IMG/VR virus record: IMGVR_UViG_3300032236_001457
Location: 37,835 to 101,834 of that record
Length of the DNA stretch: 64,000 bases
Direction: 5' to 3' (one strand)
Origin: a virus
In this document: positions 57,652-64,000 of the stretch, piece after piece
How the letters are laid out: the number at the start of each line of letters is the position of its first letter
How positions within the stretch are numbered: position 1 is the stretch's first letter
The notes under the pieces: model-generated
Told to the model about the DNA's origin: nothing
The model's input: the letters and a program-made list of their open reading frames with translations, nothing else
The model's database searches: none
Translations under genes and position numbers: made by a program

Positions 57652-59134
57652 CTTCTTTTACCTCTATTGCTACTGGCATTTTTTCAGGATTAGCTTCCCA
57701 TGCCGCTCTTGCTGCATCACCAATCTTGCCTTCATATGGGCAAGGAGTACCTGCTGACCACATAGCATCAAATACACGGCGATCTTGACACATAGTAGCT
57801 ACAGCAGCCACTTTCATTCCCATGTCATATAATGTTTTGGCTAGTTTCAATCTTTCACAATTGACATCTCTAATAGTGGATCCGCTGCTTACACCAAAGA
57901 TTTGTGTTTGAACAGCACCACTTACGCCGGTGGTACATAGGTCAGCATTACCGCCACTCATCATTGTTGGGGCAATTGCTGTGGGCGGTGGTTGTATGAC
58001 TCGCTGTGTGATCTCCGATGAGTTGATATTGCGGTTTGTCATGTCACCAGTTTGTACATTTTGATTAACATTGTTGCTGTTATTGACATTATTACTAGTG
58101 CTTGCGCTGACACTGGTATTCACATTATTGTTATTATTGGTCATTGTGCCAGTGTTAATGTTGTTATTGGTATTAACATTGCTATTTGAACTGGTGCTGG
58201 TATTAATATTCCTATTAGTCATGCTGCCACTAGTAATGTTATTATTAGTATTAACATTGGTACTAGTGCTTGTGCTAGCATTGTTATTGTTATAAGTCAT
58301 TGTACCAGTATTAACATTGATATTTTTATTTGTATTGCTACTGGTGCTGTTACTTGTATTAATGTTATTATTAGTCATTGTACCATAATTGTAATTAGTG
58401 CTTGTACTGGTGTTAATGTTTTTATTCACATTATTGCTAGTACTGCTATTGAGATTAACATTTTTATTAACCGAGCTACTAACATTATTGTTATTATATG
58501 TCATCGTACCACTGTTAATGTTATTATTGGTATTGACATTTGTGCTTGTGCTACTACTGGTGCTAGCATTATTGTTATTATATGTCATCGTGCCACTGTT
58601 AATGTTGTTATTAGTATTGACACTGGTACTTGTGCTGGTATTAATATTGCGATTAGTCATATCGCCGGTATTCACATTATTGTTATTGTTTGTTATTGTG
58701 CCACTTTGAATGTTATTGTTAGTATTAACCGATGTACTAGAATTAGTATTGTTATTATTGTTTGTTACAGTTCCGCTTTGAATGTTATTGTTATTGTAGG
58801 TAACGGTTCCGCTATTAACGTTGTTATTGTTATTGTTGTAGGTAACGGTGCCACTATTAACGTTGTTGTTTGTTACAGTGCCACTTTGAATATTATTATT
58901 TGTATTAACACTGGTGTTGAGGTTAGTGCTGTTACTGTTTACCGTGGACTGGCTAGTGCTTGTGCTATTGCTTGTGCTGTTATTTGTGGTGTTAACAATG
59001 CTGGTGCTGTTACTGGTACTATTGGTATCTACCAGTGTCTTTGAATCGTAGCCACCTTGATTGATTAATGTTTGAGCATTGGTGGCAGTAATGGCAAAAA
59101 TCATACCAATACTTACTACTATTTTTTTGAACAT
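57578..59134 (-). CDS. exported Asn/Thr/Ser-repeat protein with Cys-rich C-terminal domain and TM anchor
   Basis: Signal peptide; repeated NTNNNIxSGTMTYNNNN; QPPPTAIAP...CERLKLAK...CQD...GTPCP. Confidence 0.75.
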   Translation of the reverse strand: MFKKIVVSIGMIFAITATNAQTLINQGGYDSKTLVDTNSTSNSTSIVNTTNNSTSNSTSTSQSTVNSNSTNLNTSVNTNNNIQSGTVTNNNVNSGTVTYNNNNNNVNSGTVTYNNNNIQSGTVTNNNNNTNSSTSVNTNNNIQSGTITNNNNNVNTGDMTNRNINTSTSTSVNTNNNINSGTMTYNNNNASTSSSTSTNVNTNNNINSGTMTYNNNNVSSSVNKNVNLNSSTSNNVNKNINTSTSTNYNYGTMTNNNINTSNSTSSNTNKNINVNTGTMTYNNNNASTSTSTNVNTNNNITSGSMTNRNINTSTSSNSNVNTNNNINTGTMTNNNNNVNTSVSASTSNNVNNSNNVNQNVQTGDMTNRNINSSEITQRVIQPPPTAIAPTMMSGGNADLCTTGVSGAVQTQIFGVSSGSTIRDVNCERLKLAKTLYDMGMKVAAVATMCQDRRVFDAMWSAGTPCPYEGKIGDAARAAWEANPEKMPVAIEVKEDDSLKKIGLGSLLGMFAFKLFGFH

Positions 59135-59189
59135 GGCGATTATTTCCTTATGTTGGCATCTCCGCTTATTATTTAAAGATTAATAACAA

Positions 59190-60188
59190 TCATTTATCTA
59201 CCAAGTTATCTCTGAATATACGCCAGCACTCTTCCCAACTCCAACGTAGACTAGCTTCTTCTACTCTAACACGATCTAGTCTCAAACATTGGTCTATAGC
59301 AACTTTTAGATCCTCATCCATATAACCTGTTATTCCCTGATCAATAACATCTTTAGGACCGGTCACTGGATATGCTGCTACTGGGGTGCCGCAGGCCATG
59401 GCTTCGATCATTACTATACCAAATGTATCCCACCGACTGGGGAATACAAATACATCAGCATCGGCGTAATGTTTAGCTAACTCTGCCCCGCGTTTTACTC
59501 CAACGAACTGTACATCGGGGTATTCACGCTCCATACGACGACGGCATGGACCATCACCTACTACTATTTTAGTAGCACCGGGATAATATAGTCTACAAAA
59601 GTCATCTAAATTCTTTTCTTTGCTTACACGGCCTACACTTAACAATATAGGTTGTGACTGTTCTGTGGCAGTTCTACTACTGCTACCAAATACTTTACGA
59701 TCGACACCGCGAGTCCATGGTTTAATATCAGTTCTAAACCCACGACTGACCAAATCATCTACCATGCTTTGTGTAGTGGTTAGCACACGGCCGCTGTGTT
59801 TATGAAACCAGCGTAGGTATCGATAACTCCAATCTGTGGGTATGCCTGCAATTTTTTCTATGGCTTCAGGAAAACGGGTATGATAACTGGTATTATATCG
59901 CCAGCCCCAATAGTCCATCCAGCAACGAGCAGCAAATCCTACTGGGCCTTCTGTGGCAATATGTATGTAGTCAGGATTTACTCGTTCGATGATTTTGCCA
60001 ATGCCCCACGTCCAGCTAAGTTTAATCTCACTATAGCCAGGACAGGGAATATTAGCAAACTGCCGGGGATCAAGATAAACAAAATCATAGCCATCACGCT
60101 CAGCAAGGATTTCCAAGTTGTGAAATGTTGTAACAACGCCGTTAACTTGTGCAGGTTCATTATCTGTTATAATTAAAACTTTTTTCAT
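59190..60188 (-). CDS. GT4 diacylglycerol glycosyltransferase (Agt-like)
   Basis: QVNGVVTT, HIATEGP, SYHTRFPE, VGRVSKEKN, DTFGIVMIEAMACG. Confidence 0.8.
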   Translation of the reverse strand: MKKVLIITDNEPAQVNGVVTTFHNLEILAERDGYDFVYLDPRQFANIPCPGYSEIKLSWTWGIGKIIERVNPDYIHIATEGPVGFAARCWMDYWGWRYNTSYHTRFPEAIEKIAGIPTDWSYRYLRWFHKHSGRVLTTTQSMVDDLVSRGFRTDIKPWTRGVDRKVFGSSSRTATEQSQPILLSVGRVSKEKNLDDFCRLYYPGATKIVVGDGPCRRRMEREYPDVQFVGVKRGAELAKHYADADVFVFPSRWDTFGIVMIEAMACGTPVAAYPVTGPKDVIDQGITGYMDEDLKVAIDQCLRLDRVRVEEASLRWSWEECWRIFRDNLVDK

Positions 60189-61075
60189 TGTATTTTAAAT
60201 TTTATGTAGTCTGTTATTATATCTGCAACATTGACTCCACAATATTTTTCAAATCCTGAAAATCCCGGATTGCTATTTGCTTCGCATACTCTAAATCCAC
60301 GACTATCAAATAATAAATCAATGCCCGCGATATCTAAGTTTAATGCTCTAGCCGTTTCTCTAGCTATATATTCTATTTCATCTGTAACAGGAAAACTTTC
60401 TCCTGTGCCACCACCGGTAATATTAGCACGGAAATCACCTTCGGGTGCTGTGCGTTTCATGGCACCTATTACTTTTCCGCCAACTACCAGAACACGAAGA
60501 TCTTCCCCCACTCGTTCGCCTAGATATTCCTGTACGATCATTGTTTTCTTGTTACCTAAGTTATCGATAAATTCCATTAATTTTTTATAATCTCTTTGTT
60601 TTTCACAAAGGTAAACTCCTTCACCGTAACTACCTGTAACAACTTTTACTACACAAGGGAATCCTATATTATCTTTTACTAAGTTATCATCGATGGGCAT
60701 ACGCACCATCATAGTGTTAGGGATTGGTATACTATATCTACTTAATATTTGACTTGTTCTTAATTTATCTTTAACTGTTTCAATAGCAACACTACCATTG
60801 ACACAATGAACTCCGGCCTGTTCTAAATGACGAATAACGGCCAATTGAAAAGGAAGTATACCAGCACCTAGTCGTACAAGTACTAAACTAGGCAGATCCA
60901 TATCCTTACCATTATATTTTAATCCTTTGTGTATGTCACGATCAACAATGATATCAAAATCATCTGGATGTGCCATAGTTATTGGAATACCTTTGGCTTC
61001 AAAACTTTCGACCAGTTTGTTAGATTCATATTCGTTACGATCTAACTTTGTTATCATTAAGACTTTTTTATACAT
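60185..61075 (-). CDS. rimK: RimK family ATP-grasp ligase
   Basis: DKL, GSYGEGV, VQEY, DLRV, DFRAN, GIDLL, EANSNPG. Confidence 0.85.
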   Translation of the reverse strand: MYKKVLMITKLDRNEYESNKLVESFEAKGIPITMAHPDDFDIIVDRDIHKGLKYNGKDMDLPSLVLVRLGAGILPFQLAVIRHLEQAGVHCVNGSVAIETVKDKLRTSQILSRYSIPIPNTMMVRMPIDDNLVKDNIGFPCVVKVVTGSYGEGVYLCEKQRDYKKLMEFIDNLGNKKTMIVQEYLGERVGEDLRVLVVGGKVIGAMKRTAPEGDFRANITGGGTGESFPVTDEIEYIARETARALNLDIAGIDLLFDSRGFRVCEANSNPGFSGFEKYCGVNVADIITDYIKFKIQ

Positions 61076-61236
61076 CGACCTTCTACCTTGAAACTGTCAA
61101 ACTTGAGCCAATAATCAATACTATTTAAACTGCGTTCGCAGGCCGCTTGGCTATCAAACTCCAGTGTTACTCGCCCGGGAATATCGTTAGAATTAGTTTT
61201 GTGTACTGCTAACAGTATTAATAGCCATGTTGTCAT
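61057..61236 (-). CDS. 59-aa exported mini-protein
   Basis: MTTWLLILLAV...EFDSQAACE...RCIKKS by manual translation. Confidence 0.5.
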   Translation of the reverse strand: MTTWLLILLAVHKTNSNDIPGRVTLEFDSQAACERSLNSIDYWLKFDSFKVEGRCIKKS

Positions 61237-61990
61237 CTTTACGCACCTCTGCCCACGTTACGATTTCCCAACGACCATCCCAATGTTCAACCAGTGCTGT
61301 ACAACTTTCGCACCAATCGCCATCATTCATGTAGGTTATGCCGTTAATATCTTTAATTTCGGCCTTGTGAATATGACCGCAGATTACACCATCGTAGCCT
61401 TTCTTTTTACAATAATTGGCTAGATTTAGTTCAAACTGGAACATAAAGTCTACCGCTTTTTTGACACGGTGCTTAAGGAACAGGCTAAGGCTCCAGTAGC
61501 CAAAACCCATACGATGACGAATCCAATTGAATTTAGTATTAATGTTGAGTACGCAGTCATATGCTTTGTCTCCTAACATGCTGAGCCATGGTGCTAATCT
61601 TGTAATACCGTCAAACATATCGCCATGCACTACAAGATATCTCTTGCCATCTAATCCGATATGTTCTGCTTGGTTACAAATTTTAATTCGACCAAAACTT
61701 ACACCATATGGTATAAGCGGGCGTAAAAATTCATCATGGTTACCTGCTATGTAAATTACTTGGGTTCCATGTTTGGCATGGCCCAATACACGGCGAATCA
61801 CATTGGTATGGCTTTGATGCCACTTCAGTGTGTTTTGTTTCATTTTCCATGCATCTATTATATCGCCTACTAGATATAATGTTTCACATGTATTATTTTT
61901 GAGAAAATTATTTAGAAAGTCTGCTTTACAGGCTTTGGTACCAAGGTGTACATCGCTGATAGAGATTGTACGGTAAGTTTTCTTCGGCAT
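61193..61990 (-). CDS. plcP: PlcP-like phospholipase C (LpxH-superfamily metallophosphoesterase)
   Basis: SDVHLG, VGDIID, GNHD, HGD, CGHIH, NDGDWCESCTALVE; linked to Agt-like GT. Confidence 0.75.
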   Translation of the reverse strand: MPKKTYRTISISDVHLGTKACKADFLNNFLKNNTCETLYLVGDIIDAWKMKQNTLKWHQSHTNVIRRVLGHAKHGTQVIYIAGNHDEFLRPLIPYGVSFGRIKICNQAEHIGLDGKRYLVVHGDMFDGITRLAPWLSMLGDKAYDCVLNINTKFNWIRHRMGFGYWSLSLFLKHRVKKAVDFMFQFELNLANYCKKKGYDGVICGHIHKAEIKDINGITYMNDGDWCESCTALVEHWDGRWEIVTWAEVRKDDNMAINTVSSTQN

Positions 61991-62012
61991 AATATTATTT
62001 AACTTTAGCAAT

Positions 62013-62030
62013 ATTACAATCCTATTACAG
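62013..62030 (-). promoter_or_regulatory. Pho box (PhoB-binding site)
   Basis: CTGTAAT-AGGA-TTGTAAT, 11-bp-spaced direct repeat matching CTGTCAT-N4-CTGTCAT, 22 bp upstream of the plcP ATG. Confidence 0.7.
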
Positions 62031-62033
62031 CCA

Positions 62034-62058
62034 TAAAAAAAGAGCCTTTCGGCTCTTT
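62034..62058 (-). terminator. intrinsic terminator
   Basis: AAAGAGCC-GAAA-GGCTCTTTTTTT. Confidence 0.85.
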
Positions 62059-62104
62059 AGTGCTGGTTACGAGCATCCAGCGATCCCTCTATCATGGGCC
62101 CGAT

Positions 62105-62323
62105 TTACAATTGCCCTCCACAATGTGGGCATTTATGCTCTGAACTTTTACGGAGTTGCTTGAGGGTAGAGTTCCAACTTTTGATTTCCTTAATAACAGA
62201 TTTCAAAGTTCGCCGATTTCGTTCCTTTTTATCTTTAGCTAATTCATCTTTAAGACGCTTGCGCAAAAGACCTACTCGTTGTTCGAATACCGCTATAAAC
62301 CCACCACCAGCATCTCCGCTCAT
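62105..62323 (-). CDS. small basic protein with C-terminal CPHCG
   Basis: GGAG SD; coiled coil plus Zn knuckle. Confidence 0.55.
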   Translation of the reverse strand: MSGDAGGGFIAVFEQRVGLLRKRLKDELAKDKKERNRRTLKSVIKEIKSWNSTLKQLRKSSEHKCPHCGGQL

Positions 62324-62389
62324 TTGCTCTCTCCTGTTGTGTTTCTAACATTATACAATACTTTTGGTAACTTAGCAACAGTATTTGGC

Positions 62390-63649
62390 TTAAGGTTTGA
62401 CCATTCTCGTCCATTTAAATGGGCCAAATGCGTCAACACCATGAGCAGCATTTACGCTAGGATCAATAGTCAACTTCAAATACTCTAGTGGCAATGTGCT
62501 ACCGTGATAAGTGATTCTGTGAAAGTTAGGAACATTGTATCCGCCTGGCTGATTCAGATAAGCATCAGTGCCATATACACTGAGCCCGGCAGTATCAGCA
62601 CAGGTATTAGCAGTAACACCCGAAGTAACACCGACTCCCCCAGTATTGACCACTAGGTCTTTTACACAACTAAATCCCGAAACAAACGGGTTATCACTGC
62701 GATAAGCATGAGAGTCACCATTCAGCAACAGCACAGGATTACCAAATGACTTGGCAGCAGTGGCTAGTGCATCAACTAATGGTTTGTGCTGTGTCAAGTG
62801 GGCACGACCTGCTACAAAGTCAGTGGTGTCTGGGTCCCACATGTCGCCCTGTACAGTGATTACAACACCAGCAACCTTATTGGTAGTGGCCTGCGTGAAT
62901 GCTGTATTGAGCCAACGAATATTGGCAGCAGTACGATTAGCAATTTCTGCTGTTTGGGCAGCAGTCATAGTAGGGGTACCATACCAAATGTCATTGTCGT
63001 TGTTGGACCCACCGGGCACATTTAAGGTAACAAACAGCACATTGTTCTTAATGAACCAAACATTCTCTACATAGTCTTTATCAGTGGGGAATTTGGTATC
63101 ATATTCAACCGCTTGACTATGCACAGCCATTGCTCCACCAATAGTCTTACCTGCTGTAGGAAAGAAAATTTGGCGAACTAATGCTAGGTTAGCGATAGGA
63201 TCACCACCGGCATAACTAACTGGTTTGCCATCAGTGCCTAATACATAGTTAATAGCGTTGGTTGTAGCACTATACGATCCACCGCCCTGTTTGACTTTAT
63301 GACAATCAGTCCACTCATTATCACCTGGTGTATAAACAATAGGCAATGTGATTGCTGTAGTAAGTTGGCTGTAGATACTACGGTCATATGCTTCTGTGCA
63401 GTATTCTTTACCGCTGTGAATATCACCACCGTGGATAACAAAACTAAGGTCCTTGTCATCATTAATGGTTTTCAAAAAAGCAGGTTGTAATAGGAACTGA
63501 GCTGTATCTGTTGGAGTAAGACCATATGGTGTATCACCAATTACACCTACGCTGAATTTTTGTGATACTGGTGCTGCTGCGTTATCGCTGCCACATGCCG
63601 CAAGACATACTACTAGTCCTGCAGCAAGCACTGAGAGTTTTAATTTCAT
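62390..63649 (-). CDS. lipoprotein metallophosphoesterase (secreted phosphatase-like)
   Basis: LAAC lipobox; GDTPY, HGGDI, PGDNEW, GDSH. Confidence 0.8.
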   Translation of the reverse strand: MKLKLSVLAAGLVVCLAACGSDNAAAPVSQKFSVGVIGDTPYGLTPTDTAQFLLQPAFLKTINDDKDLSFVIHGGDIHSGKEYCTEAYDRSIYSQLTTAITLPIVYTPGDNEWTDCHKVKQGGGSYSATTNAINYVLGTDGKPVSYAGGDPIANLALVRQIFFPTAGKTIGGAMAVHSQAVEYDTKFPTDKDYVENVWFIKNNVLFVTLNVPGGSNNDNDIWYGTPTMTAAQTAEIANRTAANIRWLNTAFTQATTNKVAGVVITVQGDMWDPDTTDFVAGRAHLTQHKPLVDALATAAKSFGNPVLLLNGDSHAYRSDNPFVSGFSCVKDLVVNTGGVGVTSGVTANTCADTAGLSVYGTDAYLNQPGGYNVPNFHRITYHGSTLPLEYLKLTIDPSVNAAHGVDAFGPFKWTRMVKP

Positions 63650-63669
63650 CGAATTTTCCTTTTGTTAGT

Positions 63670-64000
63670 TTATTTTACGAGTTTTGCCCAATCGGCACGG
63701 ACTTGATCCTTAACCTTTTGGGGTAGTGGAACATAGTCTAAATCAGTTGCTTCTTTGTCGCCCTTGTTATACACCCAATCAAAGAACTTAATGACTTGTT
63801 TTGTTTTCTCTCCAGTAGGATAGATTAGAATAAATGTAGCGGCTGTGATGGGCCATCCATCTAGATCATTTAGATTGACTGCCATGTTAGGCACTGACCA
63901 ATCTGCTGTTTTAGCACTTTCAGCAAATGTTAAGTCATCCGGTTGAACAACAACACCTTTGCGATTTCGCATAGCCACATGAGTTAGTTTGCTCTGTTTA
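63670..64000 (-). CDS. pstS: phosphate ABC transporter binding protein, C-terminal part (truncated at window edge)
   Basis: WPITAATFIL, KFFDW...G...LDYVPLP. Confidence 0.85.
   Translation of the reverse strand, partial: KQSKLTHVAMRNRKGVVVQPDDLTFAESAKTADWSVPNMAVNLNDLDGWPITAATFILIYPTGEKTKQVIKFFDWVYNKGDKEATDLDYVPLPQKVKDQVRADWAKLVK

Noticed and set aside
58071-59044. Leu/Val-rich plus-strand ORFs resembling membrane proteins
   Set aside because: Reverse-complement artefact of the Asn/Thr/Ser repeats
1-64000. Alternative genetic code (stop-codon reassignment)
   Set aside because: Recognisable genes are full-length in the standard code and end in TAA, TGA or TAG; no clear suppressor tRNA

Overview
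This window is from a large, AT-rich, standard-code tailed-phage genome (T4-like/jumbo myovirus). The host is probably a freshwater proteobacterium, which is inference. Genes are mostly on the minus strand and carry two promoter classes: sigma70-type TTGACA-17-TATAAT and late-type TAAATA. From left to right it contains: (1) a nucleotide-sugar/queD/clpP block with GIY-YIG endonucleases; (2) an early region of tandem, translationally coupled mini-gene families (MNERI...HFGVEE and ...LRWS); (3) host-takeover and auxiliary genes (T7 gp0.7-like kinase, YccA, MazG-like, folE, rubrerythrin/rubredoxin); (4) a subtilase/QueC-like/oxygenase/GNAT block; (5) a tRNA array containing a phage RNA polymerase omega gene, an unexplained structured RNA cassette and a group I intron in tRNA-Leu(UAA) overlapped by an HNH gene; (6) two aberrant tRNA-like genes; (7) a ~25 kb glycosylation island containing a RuBisCO-like protein; (8) an Asn-rich surface-protein triad; (9) a phosphate-starvation module with a Pho box, PlcP-like phospholipase, DAG glycosyltransferase, secreted phosphoesterase and PstS. 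All calls come from motif recognition by eye; no database searches were run.
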